Origin: an uncultured Acidobacteriaceae bacterium
GTDB taxonomy: Bacteria > Acidobacteriota > Terriglobia > Terriglobales > Acidobacteriaceae
Direction of reading: 5' to 3'
Assembly (NCBI GenBank): GCA_963771625.1
Contig: CAVYUE010000020.1
Location: forward strand, 4,067-68,066
DNA length: 64,000 bases
Shown piece by piece: positions 34,625 to 44,518 of the stretch (positions within the stretch are counted from its first letter, which is position 1; each line of letters opens with the position of its first letter). A model generated the notes under the pieces. That model made no database searches, was not told where the DNA came from, and worked only from the letters and a program-made list of their open reading frames with translations. The position numbers and the translations under genes are program-made.

Positions 34625-36739
34625 TTATGGGATGGTCTGGTAGCGGCCGTTGACCAATCCCAGCGAGTAGGGCTGGAAGATAGGAACACCGGCGCCAACA
34701 AACTCGGTGATGAAGTTATTTCCGTCGCCAGCGACCCAAACGTTTCCTGCCTGATCAACGGCCAGAGCACGACCGGCGTTCAGATAGGTAGTGGATTTCT
34801 GGAATCCGGTAGCAGGCGAAAGTGCCGTGCCATCTCTGCTGATGTAGCTGATGCTGCCGGCCGGATTGCTGCTGCCATCGGTACCGTTGGTGTTGTTGGG
34901 AAGAAAGATATTCTGACGGCCGTCGATGGAGATGGATGTTGGGGCGGCGACTCCAGCACTTGCTGCAGCTGTGAAGGGGAAGCCACCTACGTTTGAGGTG
35001 TAGGTGCTGCCCGTGCCAGCTACCAGTCCGGTAATCGTACCGCTAACGAAGTCGGAGACGTAAAGATTATTAGCCGGCCCGATCGACAAACCGTAAGCGG
35101 AGGTACCGGATGTGGTGATGGCGGTAGTGGTAAAGGTGCCTGGCGTAGCGGTTGGCGAAACCTTCGAGACAAAAGACGAACCCGAAGTGACGAAGATGTT
35201 GCTAGCAGTTGTCTTTCCCTGGAAGTCCGGCATCAGGCGAACCGGGTTTGGACCAACGGCAGTGGAGATCTGCGTTGGAGTCGCTCCAGGTGTGCTTACT
35301 GCACCCGCCAACTCATAAAGTGAAGTGTTTGCGGGAGAGGTGAAGTAGATGTTGTTTTGACCGTCGGCGCCAATTGCGAGCGGCGCTACGCCGACCGAGT
35401 ATTTGGTTTGCGTGAACGGCGAAGCTGCGTTGAAGCTGTATACGGCGTCGTTGCTGGCGGATGAAACCCAAACATTACCGAGTTGGTCTACGGTCGTCCC
35501 TTGCAATCCATTACTTCCGGTGAGGAATACGCAAGTCGTAGGCACGCCGGCGCTCGAGAGCTCAGACAGGTTTCCTGGAGGCGCTGTCGAACCGGCATTG
35601 GCAATCCAGACATTGTCTGAAGCGTCGATGCTGATGTCGGTCGGCGAGTCGATGAATGCGCCGGAGCCGCCCGACGTGGTGCCGCATGAGCCGGTGCTGG
35701 TGTAGTTGACAGCGATCGTCCAGTCAGTGGGCTGTGTCGCAAGCGCCGGCTGGTAAGGTGCAGTGGCTCCGCCGGCCAAGCCGAAGGTCGTGGCGAGTTG
35801 GGCAGGGCTGCTGTTGCTAGCGTTGGTCAGGAGGTAATAGACGGCCATAAGTGTGTCCGTCGCCGTAGGGTAGGTACCATCCGTGAAATTGCTGGTATAC
35901 GCGCTGTTTGGCGGTATTGCGGCGGCAAATAGAGGAGCGCAACCCGCTGCGGTTGACTGATTGATGCAGGAAGCGAGGATGTTTGCCAACAGGTTGATCT
36001 TGGTGGACTCCGGCGTCGCGGTGACCCGAACCAACGGGTTCATGATATGTCCCAGAGCAGGCTTGATGGTCGTCGACGGGACAACGGCTCCTGTAGTCGA
36101 ACTGGCGAGAAGAGCGATTGTGTTGGTGACGTTATTGAGAATGGTGTATTGCTGACCGGTACCGTCTGCAACGATGCCTTCGGTGTTTGGGTCAAAGAAC
36201 TGCTGGAGAGCAACCATCGTAGCGACGGTCGTGACTTCGTTGAGAAAGAGCGTGCTCCCTGCAGTGAGGCCATTGCAATTGCCGTACACACCGATAAAAG
36301 CTGCGCCGGTATTGCTTGGTCCCGCAACGTTACCCGCTGTGTTGCCGCCCTGAGCGATCACATATACGAGTGGACTGGCGACTGTCGTGGGCAAGGGGCA
36401 AGCGTAATGTGCGGTCGTGCCAGTCTCGGAGGTGCCTGCTGGATCCTGTATAAAAGCGAAGTTGCCGCTGGCATCACTCGTGACCGACGCCGCAGGAGTA
36501 ACCGGGAAGCCTGACGAACCCTTTTGACCAGCGTAGTACATGGTTACGGTAGCGTTAACAACCGGCTGACTACCGCCGTGAACGTTGCCGCTGAGAGTGG
36601 CAGCCTTGCTGAAAGGATTTGCGTCTGGGGCCGTGGTGGCCATATTCGCGCAGCCGGCGGTGAATATAGCGCTCGATGCCAGAAGCCCGAGCAGATTTCG
36701 CTTTGAGCCCGTCAGCCGGGCGAATTTATTGCCAATCAT
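34625..36739 (-). CDS. Secreted lipoprotein with C-terminal NHL-like beta-propeller
   Basis: Lipobox FTAGC; GNVHGGSQPV, PTDWT, repeated IDxxxNVWI/VDQAGNVWV motifs. Confidence 0.8.
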   Translation of the reverse strand: MIGNKFARLTGSKRNLLGLLASSAIFTAGCANMATTAPDANPFSKAATLSGNVHGGSQPVVNATVTMYYAGQKGSSGFPVTPAASVTSDASGNFAFIQDPAGTSETGTTAHYACPLPTTVASPLVYVIAQGGNTAGNVAGPSNTGAAFIGVYGNCNGLTAGSTLFLNEVTTVATMVALQQFFDPNTEGIVADGTGQQYTILNNVTNTIALLASSTTGAVVPSTTIKPALGHIMNPLVRVTATPESTKINLLANILASCINQSTAAGCAPLFAAAIPPNSAYTSNFTDGTYPTATDTLMAVYYLLTNASNSSPAQLATTFGLAGGATAPYQPALATQPTDWTIAVNYTSTGSCGTTSGGSGAFIDSPTDISIDASDNVWIANAGSTAPPGNLSELSSAGVPTTCVFLTGSNGLQGTTVDQLGNVWVSSASNDAVYSFNAASPFTQTKYSVGVAPLAIGADGQNNIYFTSPANTSLYELAGAVSTPGATPTQISTAVGPNPVRLMPDFQGKTTASNIFVTSGSSFVSKVSPTATPGTFTTTAITTSGTSAYGLSIGPANNLYVSDFVSGTITGLVAGTGSTYTSNVGGFPFTAAASAGVAAPTSISIDGRQNIFLPNNTNGTDGSSNPAGSISYISRDGTALSPATGFQKSTTYLNAGRALAVDQAGNVWVAGDGNNFITEFVGAGVPIFQPYSLGLVNGRYQTIP

Positions 36740-37338
36740 GGGTGATCCCTCCGAAAGGTGGTGGTACGGTTTGCTGTTCAATGTGGAGTTACCTTAGCGA
36801 CAGGTCGTAGGGACCTGGGGGAGAATGTCATTCAAGGAGAAGACAGGCTTCTGGAGAAGGCATCTGCTTGAGAGGCGAATGAGTAAATTCTGTAGAACAT
36901 CTAACTCTTCCTTCAGTTTCAGAGCCCCTGTTGGGAAGCAGTGGCTCCCGTTGGGGAGGATAGTTACAGGACAAAGGAAAAATCTTCAACGTCTCATGAT
37001 GGAGCATAACCGAGGTTAGGCATTCTGGTGCTTAATTACTCGTGATACTTTTGGGTCATTAATGACCACAGAAGTTAAAGCGCTATTGCGTTAATGCCAA
37101 CTACCGTGCGTGGCCAAGACTTGTAGTCGACGGAAACCACGGGCAGGTGACTCGGCAGGATGAGTCTTCTGGCAGCTATATACCGAGCCCAAACGCACCT
37201 GGGAGAAGAGAGTAGATAAGTCCGTATTTTCCGCCAGATAGACGGATTTCAGTACTTCGGAAAGTCGATGGCAGTCTAAACGTATCGGTAAGCATCGCAC
37301 AAGTCGGTCAGCCTTTGATCGGCTACTGTCAGTGGAAT

Positions 37339-37496
37339 GGGGCTGTCGTATCTTAAAGCTTGCGAGCCTTTCGTAAGACCTCTACGGTGGTATCTTGTCT
37401 GGTCCGTCTCCGCGGGAGCGGTCCGTCGCCAGACTTCGAATCCTACGCTCGGAGCGACAGTCCGTTTGGCCTATCAAGTTGAAGGGACGAAGCCCC
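37339..37496. ncRNA. Candidate structured RNA (rod-like, 6S-like)
   Basis: Nested complementary segments: GGGGCT/AGCCCC, TCGT/ACGA, AGCTTG/CAAGTT, CGAGC/GCTCG, GTCTGG/CCAGAC, CTCC/GGAG; intergenic. Confidence 0.45.
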
Positions 37497-37586
37497 AGCG
37501 CGAATTTTAGGACAACTTTCAGCAAAGAAGTCTAATCTATCCCAGTAGAATCAACAGAGAAACCAGATCATTGACCGGAGAAAACA

Positions 37587-38369
37587 ATGCGCTTGAAATC
37601 GATCTCCCTTGCAGGAAGCTTAGCTCTGTCAGCGGCCATGTTCCTGGGCGGATGCAAAAGTTCGACGCCTGCTCCAGCTCCAGCGCCAACCCAGAGTGCA
37701 ACCCCAGACGGGACTGCACCAGCAGCTGCACCGGCGACTTCGCCAACGACGGCTACATCTCCAGAGCCTCCTCCACCTGCGGCTCCGGCGGGCGCTCCAG
37801 CACCTGTGCAAGGGCCTCCCGTTGCGGAAGTTCCACCCCCGCCTCCTCCTCCAGTAAGGCTGACCGCGCCAGCAGGCGCGGCTGTGACCGTAACCGTGAC
37901 CGAGCAGCTGAGTGCCAGTCATAACAATGTCGGCGACGGATTTACAGGTGTTCTAGCAGCTCCGGTGAAGAGCTCGGGCGGTGGAATCGTCTTCCCACGA
38001 GGAGCGCACGTAGTTGGCACGGTGGTAGCTGCAAAGGGACAAGGGAAGTTCAAGGGATCGGGCGCACTGGGTATCCAAGTGACGTCGATCTCGGGCATGG
38101 CGGTAAGCGTGAGCTCGTACGAGAAAGAACAGAAGGGCAAAGGTAAGAGGTCAGCGGGCTTTATCGGCGGCGGAGCCGGTGGCGGTGCGCTTATCGGTGG
38201 ATTGGCTGGCGGCGGAAAAGGCGCTCTGATCGGTGGCCTCATCGGCGCAGGCGCTGGCACAGCTGGAGCAGCGTTCACCGGAAACAAGGACGTTGTGATT
38301 CCGTCGGAGTCCACCGTGACGTTTCACCTTACGGCTCCGGTCACGATTACGGTTCAGCCTAAAGAATAA
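37587..38369 (+). CDS. Lipoprotein with Pro/Ala-rich linker, TrbI/VirB10-like domain and glycine zipper
   Basis: Lipobox LGGC; GGGAGGGALIGGLAGGGKGALIGG; IPSESTVTFHL. Confidence 0.75.
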   Translation: MRLKSISLAGSLALSAAMFLGGCKSSTPAPAPAPTQSATPDGTAPAAAPATSPTTATSPEPPPPAAPAGAPAPVQGPPVAEVPPPPPPPVRLTAPAGAAVTVTVTEQLSASHNNVGDGFTGVLAAPVKSSGGGIVFPRGAHVVGTVVAAKGQGKFKGSGALGIQVTSISGMAVSVSSYEKEQKGKGKRSAGFIGGGAGGGALIGGLAGGGKGALIGGLIGAGAGTAGAAFTGNKDVVIPSESTVTFHLTAPVTITVQPKE

Positions 38370-38389
38370 TTTCGAGACGGATGACGTAG

Positions 38390-38427
38390 GAAAACACCTG
38401 CTTCTTCATGGAGCAGGTGTTTTCTTT
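38390..38427 (+). terminator. Rho-independent terminator
   Basis: GAAAACACCTGCTTC/GGAGCAGGTGTTTTC stem followed by TTT. Confidence 0.8.
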
Positions 38428-38487
38428 GGCAGCCATAGATTACGTGTGTCACAGAGAGCGGCTGCCTGATAGCGATAGACTAGATGT

Positions 38488-39099
38488 ATGCGGCTGAATC
38501 CTGTTTTCCTGTTGTCTGCGACCGATGTCGCACACTTCCCTTCTGAAGCGAAGACGTACGGAACTCCCGAGGTGGCGTTTCTAGGTCGCTCGAACGTTGG
38601 CAAGTCTTCTTTGATTAACGCGCTGATTGGATCGAAGCAGGCGCACACGTCGTCGACTCCGGGGCGGACGCGGGCGATCAACTTTTTTGCATTGCATGAA
38701 GGGTCAGGCGACAAGATGAAGTTGAGACCGACGCTGATCTTCGCCGATCTGCCCGGGTACGGGTATGCGAAGATCTCAAAGTCTATCTCGGCGGAGTGGC
38801 CGAAGTTTATCGAGCCGTACCTGGCGGATCGAGAGACGCTGGCTCTCTGTGTTTGCCTGGTGGATACAAATATTCCGCCGCAGGCAAATGATACTCAGTT
38901 GATTACATATTTCAAGCAGACGCAGCGGCCGTATCTGGTTGTGGGAACGAAGGCAGACCGGCTATCAAATAATGAGCTGGCGAAGTCGATTGCTGCGCTG
39001 AAAAAGGCGCATGAGGTGGATGAGATTCTGCCTGTTTCTGCCAAGACGGATGCGGGAACGAAGGCGCTGTGGGCGAAGATGATGGAAGTTGCGGAGTAG
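38488..39099 (+). CDS. engB: Ribosome biogenesis GTPase YihA/YsxC (EngB)
   Basis: GRSNVGKSSLIN, TPGRT, DLPGYGYA, TKAD. Confidence 0.95.
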   Translation: MRLNPVFLLSATDVAHFPSEAKTYGTPEVAFLGRSNVGKSSLINALIGSKQAHTSSTPGRTRAINFFALHEGSGDKMKLRPTLIFADLPGYGYAKISKSISAEWPKFIEPYLADRETLALCVCLVDTNIPPQANDTQLITYFKQTQRPYLVVGTKADRLSNNELAKSIAALKKAHEVDEILPVSAKTDAGTKALWAKMMEVAE

Positions 39100-39182
39100 C
39101 AGGTTAGAGCGGCCCACATTTTCTGCGGAACGCTGTGAAGTAGATTAGTCTCCCGGCTGCTTTCGATACCTTCAGGAGAACA

Positions 39183-39818
39183 ATGCAGATCATCCCGGGC
39201 GATCCAGTAAAGAGTCCAGCAGCTGTGAGACGCTTTGCGTTTGCTTTGCTTTGGCTAGCAGCGATCGCGCAGGCGATATGGATGCTGTTCCACCACCTTC
39301 GTCTGAAGGAGTCGTGGGGGAGCATGTGGTATCCGCTCACGCTGGCTGCACCGTTTGTTCTGCTTGCGTTGACTGGGAGCCGCGTCCGCTGGCTTGCGTC
39401 GATGTTGCGCCTGCCTCTTGCATTTGCGTTCCTTGACGCTGTTGCCGATCGTCTCGGTTTGTTGGGACTCGTTGGTTCCCCCGGTGTGGCGTGGGGAGAT
39501 TTCAGGCATTTTATTGACTACACGGCACAGATCAATCCGTTTCTACCGAGTGCTGTTATACCTTTCGTTGCTGTAGTGGCGACGATTTGTGAGATAACGT
39601 TCGGTCTCGCACTGGTGTTTGGGATTGCGATTAACTTCGCAGCGTTGGGAGCCGCGGCGTTGTTATTTCTGTTTGGAACCGCGATGACAATTTCGGGGTT
39701 TTCACAGTTTGCTTACGGCGTGTACCTGATGGCTGCCGGAGCATTGGCTCTTTCCACGGTTGACGCCTCGCTCCTTAGCGTGGACTCCTTGCTGCGGCGG
39801 AGAAGGAAGACTCCGTAA
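39183..39818 (+). CDS. DoxX-like membrane protein
   Basis: AVADRLGLLG..VAWG..F..YT, ATICEITFG; AGGAG RBS. Confidence 0.7.
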   Translation: MQIIPGDPVKSPAAVRRFAFALLWLAAIAQAIWMLFHHLRLKESWGSMWYPLTLAAPFVLLALTGSRVRWLASMLRLPLAFAFLDAVADRLGLLGLVGSPGVAWGDFRHFIDYTAQINPFLPSAVIPFVAVVATICEITFGLALVFGIAINFAALGAAALLFLFGTAMTISGFSQFAYGVYLMAAGALALSTVDASLLSVDSLLRRRRKTP

Positions 39819-39876
39819 AGGGCGGAAGAGTTTTTCGTAGGTTATTCGACGCGGAATCTTGATTTTCGGGCAAAAC

Positions 39877-39909
39877 ATCGGCGAGCAGCAGATTATGCCG
39901 CTCGCCGAT
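39877..39909. terminator. Hairpin or terminator between convergent genes
   Basis: ATCGGCGAGCAGCA/TGCCGCTCGCCGAT stem. Confidence 0.6.
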
Positions 39910-39928
39910 TTCGTTGCGTGGATTGTGC

Positions 39929-41269
39929 CTACTCGCCGTAGTAGTCGAGGCCGAGGTGGGTGATGAGGTCTTCGCCCATGATGTGGCGAAGGGTGTTTTT
40001 TAACTTCATCGATTGAATAAAGAGGTCGTGCTCGGGATAGACGCCGGGGGCGCTGTCGGGAGCTTTGAAGTAGAAGCTGAGCCACTCCTGAATGCCGAGG
40101 CCGCGCAGACTGGGTGTGCGGGCGGCGAGGTCCATGAAGAGGATCAGGTCGAGGGCCAGAGGAGCGGCGAGGATGGAGTCGCGGCAGAGGAAGTCTACCT
40201 TGAGTTGCATCGGGTAGCCGAGCCAACCGAAGATGTCGATGTTGTCCCAGCCTTCTTTGTTGTCGCCGCGGGGGGGGTAGTAGTTGATGCGGACCTTGTG
40301 GTAGAGGTCCTTGTAGAGATCGGGGTAGAGCTCGGGCTGAAAGATAACATCAAGCACACCGAGCTTGGACTCTTCCTTGGTCTTGAAGGACTCGGGATCG
40401 TCGAGGACTTCGCCATCGCGGTTGCCGAGGATGTTGGTGGAGTACCAGCCGCTGACACCGAGCATGCGGGTCTTGAAGGCGGGCGCGAGGACGGTCTTGA
40501 TGAAGGTCTGGCCGGTCTTGAAGTCCTTGCCGCAGATGGGTGCGTTCATCTTGCGGGAGAGTTCGTTGAGTGCGGGGATGTCGACAGTGAGATTGGGTGC
40601 GCCGTTGGCGAAGGGGATGCCTTCCTTGAGTGCAGCCCAGGCGTACATCATGGATGGCGAGATGCCCGGGTCGTTGTCGACGAGGCCTTTTTCGAAGGCT
40701 TCCAGAGTCTTGTGAACGGCGGTTTGTTCGAGGAAGATCTCGGTCGATCCGCACCAGATCATAATCTGGCGGTCGGTCTTGGTCTTGAACTCGGCGATGT
40801 CGTTGCGGATCTGATTGGCAAGGTCGCACTTGTTCTTGCCGGTCTTGATTTTCTTGCCGGTGAGGCGTTTGACGTAGTGCTGGTCGAAGACGGCAGGCAT
40901 CGGTTCGATGGATTCGAGATAGGGACGGATCTGCTCTAGTTGGTCGCGGTCGAGGACCTGAGCGGTCTTCGCAGCGTCATAGAGGTTGCCGCCGAAGATA
41001 TCCCAGCCAGTAAATACGATGTCGTTGAGATCGGCGATAGGGGCAAAGTCTTTGATGAGAGGGCTGCGGCCGTCTGTGCGTTTGCCGAGGCGAATGTGCC
41101 CCATTTGGGAGATGGATCCGATGGGCTTGGCGAGGCCGCGGCGAACTGCTTCTACGCCGGCGATGAGTGTTGTGGCGACAGCTCCCATGCCGGGAATCAT
41201 GACGCCGAGTTTTCCAGTTGCAGGCTTGATGCTGGCCGCGTCTTGCGGTGCGGCTCCGGGTGTAGACAT
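39929..41269 (-). CDS. ino1: Myo-inositol-1-phosphate synthase
   Basis: GMGAVATT, GKDFKTGQT, STNILGNRDG, GDNKEGWD, CRDSILAAPLALDL. Confidence 0.92.
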   Translation of the reverse strand: MSTPGAAPQDAASIKPATGKLGVMIPGMGAVATTLIAGVEAVRRGLAKPIGSISQMGHIRLGKRTDGRSPLIKDFAPIADLNDIVFTGWDIFGGNLYDAAKTAQVLDRDQLEQIRPYLESIEPMPAVFDQHYVKRLTGKKIKTGKNKCDLANQIRNDIAEFKTKTDRQIMIWCGSTEIFLEQTAVHKTLEAFEKGLVDNDPGISPSMMYAWAALKEGIPFANGAPNLTVDIPALNELSRKMNAPICGKDFKTGQTFIKTVLAPAFKTRMLGVSGWYSTNILGNRDGEVLDDPESFKTKEESKLGVLDVIFQPELYPDLYKDLYHKVRINYYPPRGDNKEGWDNIDIFGWLGYPMQLKVDFLCRDSILAAPLALDLILFMDLAARTPSLRGLGIQEWLSFYFKAPDSAPGVYPEHDLFIQSMKLKNTLRHIMGEDLITHLGLDYYGE

Positions 41270-41377
41270 GCTTGGCGGTACCCTTCTATCGTACGATTTT
41301 CCGTGTGATGCGGACTATCTAGTATCGCTTACGGGGGATGAGGGGTGCAAATAGCGTTGGACCGAGGCCGTTGCATC

Positions 41378-42205
41378 TCAATTGGTTGAGAGCCACCAGC
41401 CGGGGCCGGAGCACCAGCAGGTGTCATCTGGCTTATCGTTTCGATGAAGGGACTTTACCTTGGTCCAGGTGCTTTTGCGGAAGGCTTTGGTCAGTTTTTG
41501 TTCGATGTCCTTGTCTCTTGCTCCGACGCAGGAGACGAATTGCACCTGGGTCAGAAAACGTGCGGCGTAGCGACCGTCTTCGCGCTTTGTGACGAGGAGC
41601 ATGGCTCCATACCCTTTCGAGGGAGTCAGCGGAACGACTAGTCGGCCATTCGGGCGGAGTGCGTCAAGCCAAACCGCCAGTGGATGAGTGGCTCCAGCGT
41701 TCACGTAGAGGACATCACATTCGGGGAGCGGTCCTACTGCTCCGGATCGATGATGCACCGTGACTTGAGGAAGCTCAGCTAGGTTGGCGATGGCACGCTG
41801 CGCGAGTGCTGGTTCAATCTCGTAGGCGTCTACGATTCCTGTTTCTCCAACCAGCTTGGCCAGCAGTGTAGTGTAGTAACCGGTTCCAGCACCGATGTGG
41901 ACGACTCGTTCGCCCTTCTTTGGATCCAGAGCAGCGATGCAGAGGGCGTGCAGCGTGGGTTGCCCATTGTTGAGTGGGCCTTCAGCGCCGAGCGAGACTA
42001 CTACGTCCTGATAGAGACATGCAGGGTCGTCGGAGGGAGTTTCGATGTAGTTATGACCTGCGAATATCTTCCACGGTGGCGGCCCTACGAAGTTCTCTCG
42101 CGGTGTCGAGGCGAAGGCGGATGCGAGTTCGCTCCCGGGAGGAATGCCGGCATTCGCAGTGATCAGATTGGCGAAGGACAATCTGCGTGCCTGAATGCGT
42201 TCCAT
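41378..42205 (-). CDS. Protein-L-isoaspartate O-methyltransferase family protein
   Basis: PRENFV, LNNGQP, HIGAGTGYYT SAM-binding motif, YEIEP. Confidence 0.85.
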   Translation of the reverse strand: MERIQARRLSFANLITANAGIPPGSELASAFASTPRENFVGPPPWKIFAGHNYIETPSDDPACLYQDVVVSLGAEGPLNNGQPTLHALCIAALDPKKGERVVHIGAGTGYYTTLLAKLVGETGIVDAYEIEPALAQRAIANLAELPQVTVHHRSGAVGPLPECDVLYVNAGATHPLAVWLDALRPNGRLVVPLTPSKGYGAMLLVTKREDGRYAARFLTQVQFVSCVGARDKDIEQKLTKAFRKSTWTKVKSLHRNDKPDDTCWCSGPGWWLSTN

Positions 42206-42220
42206 ACCGTTCTCCAGATG

Positions 42221-42856
42221 TCATGCCTCGGGGGCGACCTCGGTGCGGATGCGGTTCTTCCAATGCGAGACGACGAACCAGAGGAAGCCGATGACGAGGA
42301 CGATCTCAACGCCGAGGTGAAAGCGATGGAAGGTCTCTTTGAAGCGAGGGTTGGTGTTGAACTGGGCTCCAAGCTTCATGCCAATGTAAGCCAGCGCGTA
42401 GCACCAGGGCCAGGAGCCGATAAAGGTGTAGACGTGAAAGCGGAGCTGGTTCATCTTCGCGACGCCGGCGGGAAAGGCGATGAAGGTGCGAACGATGGGC
42501 AGCATGCGGCCGATCAGGACGGTGATGGAGCCGAAGCGGGCAAAGAAGTGATCGACGAGATCGAGATCGCGGCGGCTGAGGAGCATGAAGCTTCCGTAGC
42601 GTTCGACCATCGGGCGTCCGCCACGGGCTCCGACCCAGTAGGCGGGAATGGAGCCCAGGTTTGAAGCGAGTGATGCGACGGTGGCCAGGAGAATGAGCTG
42701 GAGCTGGGTGTGGGCTAAAGCATAGCCTGCGAGCGGCATGATGACTTCAGAGGGAATGGGAATGCAGGCGGACTGGATCGCCATGAGGAGGATGACGCTG
42801 GCGTAACCGCCGCTGGCAATTGCGCCGACGAGGAGTGCAATGATCTTCTCAGACAT
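42221..42856 (-). CDS. DedA family membrane protein
   Basis: PIPSEVIMPLAG, GRMLPIVRTFIAFPAG. Confidence 0.92.
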   Translation of the reverse strand: MSEKIIALLVGAIASGGYASVILLMAIQSACIPIPSEVIMPLAGYALAHTQLQLILLATVASLASNLGSIPAYWVGARGGRPMVERYGSFMLLSRRDLDLVDHFFARFGSITVLIGRMLPIVRTFIAFPAGVAKMNQLRFHVYTFIGSWPWCYALAYIGMKLGAQFNTNPRFKETFHRFHLGVEIVLVIGFLWFVVSHWKNRIRTEVAPEA

Positions 42857-42926
42857 GTAGCTGCCAGTATACGAGGTGAGTGTTCGGTGAGGATGAGCTA
42901 GCATGGAAGAGTCAGGAGATTTATCC

Positions 42927-43742
42927 ATGTCGAATATCGTTACCGAAGCAGAAAACTCAAAGGCCACAGATACTTCCGCCTCTGCGCCAGCGTCCGCGGG
43001 ACGTCCCGCCAGCAGCTATGGAGCTGCGCCGCACGATCCGTCGAAGCCGCCGGTGAAGCGGCAGATTGTGTGCTTCAGCTTCTATAAGGTGATGCCGGAG
43101 TGGCGCAGATTGCCAGCGGAGGAGAAGGCGGCGCATAAGGCAGCGTTTGCCGAGGTCCTGGCGCGGTGGAACAAGCCCGGAGAGTTTGTGTCGCTGACTT
43201 ACTCGACGATTGGGACGCGTGGCGATGTAGATATGTGCGTCTGGTCGATCGGTTACGCAGTCGATGAGCTGAACCAGATGCGCAGCGAGTTGATGCGAAC
43301 TCCGCTGGGTGGGTATCTGAATTCCCCGCATAACTTTCTGGCGATGACGAAGCGCTCGCAGTATCAGATCGATCGTCCGGATGAGAGTGAGGGCGAAGGG
43401 CGTGGAGCGATTCGTCCAGGTGGGCAAAAGTACATCTTCATCTATCCGTTCTGGAAGACGCGTCCGTGGTATTTGCTGTCGGCTGCCGAGCGGAAGCGGT
43501 TGATGGATGAGCACATTCGGATCGGGTTGATGTATCCGAGGGTGAAGTTGAACACGACTTACTCCTTCGGCATAGACGATCAGGAGTTCGTGGTGGCGTT
43601 CGAGACTAACTTCCCGGAGGACTTTCTGGATCTGGTGCAGCAGCTGAGGGAGACGGAGATCAGCCTGTACACGCTTGCTGATACGCCGATCTTCAGTTGC
43701 GTGCGCGTTCCGGCGGCGGAGATGCTGGATCGGCTGGGATAA
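42927..43742 (+). CDS. Chlorite dismutase-family protein, probable coproheme decarboxylase ChdC/HemQ
   Basis: YPFWKTRPWY, EHIRIG (proximal His), YSFGIDDQEFVVAFE; lies near hem genes. Confidence 0.8.
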   Translation: MSNIVTEAENSKATDTSASAPASAGRPASSYGAAPHDPSKPPVKRQIVCFSFYKVMPEWRRLPAEEKAAHKAAFAEVLARWNKPGEFVSLTYSTIGTRGDVDMCVWSIGYAVDELNQMRSELMRTPLGGYLNSPHNFLAMTKRSQYQIDRPDESEGEGRGAIRPGGQKYIFIYPFWKTRPWYLLSAAERKRLMDEHIRIGLMYPRVKLNTTYSFGIDDQEFVVAFETNFPEDFLDLVQQLRETEISLYTLADTPIFSCVRVPAAEMLDRLG

Positions 43743-43747
43743 CGCGC

Positions 43748-44518
43748 ATGGCGAAGACCACTGTGGTGCGGACAACGGCGAAGTCTAAGGCTGTGGCTGG
43801 AGCGAAGGCTCGCGCGATTGCTAAGACTGAGCCTGTTTCGGCCAAGAAGAAGATTGGGAAGACGCGCAATCCGCTCGATCCGGCGCGGGTTGCGGCGATT
43901 CTGGATGCTTTGCGGAAGACTTATCCCGGTGTTGTCTGTGCGCTGAACCATAAGAGCGCGTGGGAGTTGACGGTTGCGACGATTCTGTCGGCGCAGTGTA
44001 CGGATGTGCGTGTGAATCTGGTTACGCCGGCACTGTTCAAGGCATTTCCGACACCGAAGGCGATGGCTGCGGCTTCCCTTCCGGAGCTTGAGGAGCTGAT
44101 TCGAACTACGGGATTTTTCCGGAATAAAGCGAAGTCGATTCAGGGAGCGGCGCGGGTTGTGGTGGAGGAGTTTGGTGGCAAGGTTCCGCAGACGATGGAG
44201 GAGATTCTTACGTTGCCAGGGGTGGCTCGGAAGACCGGGAATGTTGTGTTGGGGTCATGGTTCAACATTGCGGTGGGAGTTGTTGTTGATACGCATGTTA
44301 TGCGGTTGTCGAAACGACTGGAGTTGACCAAGGAGACCGCGCCCGAGAAGGTAGAGCGGGATCTGATGAAGATTATTCCGCAGGATCGGTGGATCGCGTT
44401 CTCTCATGAGCTTATTCATCACGGACGGCAGATCTGTGTCGCAAGGAAGCCGCGTTGCGTGGACTGTACGCTCGAGAAGCTCTGTAATTCGGCGGATAAG
44501 ACCTGGAGTTCGCACTAG
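43748..44518 (+). CDS. nth: Endonuclease III
   Basis: LSAQCTD, LPGVARKT, VDTHV, C-x6-C-x2-C-x5-C iron-sulfur motif. Confidence 0.95.
   Translation: MAKTTVVRTTAKSKAVAGAKARAIAKTEPVSAKKKIGKTRNPLDPARVAAILDALRKTYPGVVCALNHKSAWELTVATILSAQCTDVRVNLVTPALFKAFPTPKAMAAASLPELEELIRTTGFFRNKAKSIQGAARVVVEEFGGKVPQTMEEILTLPGVARKTGNVVLGSWFNIAVGVVVDTHVMRLSKRLELTKETAPEKVERDLMKIIPQDRWIAFSHELIHHGRQICVARKPRCVDCTLEKLCNSADKTWSSH

Noticed and set aside
36740-37330. Riboswitch in the long leader of the NHL lipoprotein gene
   Set aside because: Short hairpins are present, but I could not match any known aptamer consensus by eye
37339-37496. tRNA or tmRNA (GGGGCTG start, TTCGAATCC motif)
   Set aside because: No T-arm stem around TTCGAAT, no cloverleaf and no CCA end; too short for tmRNA
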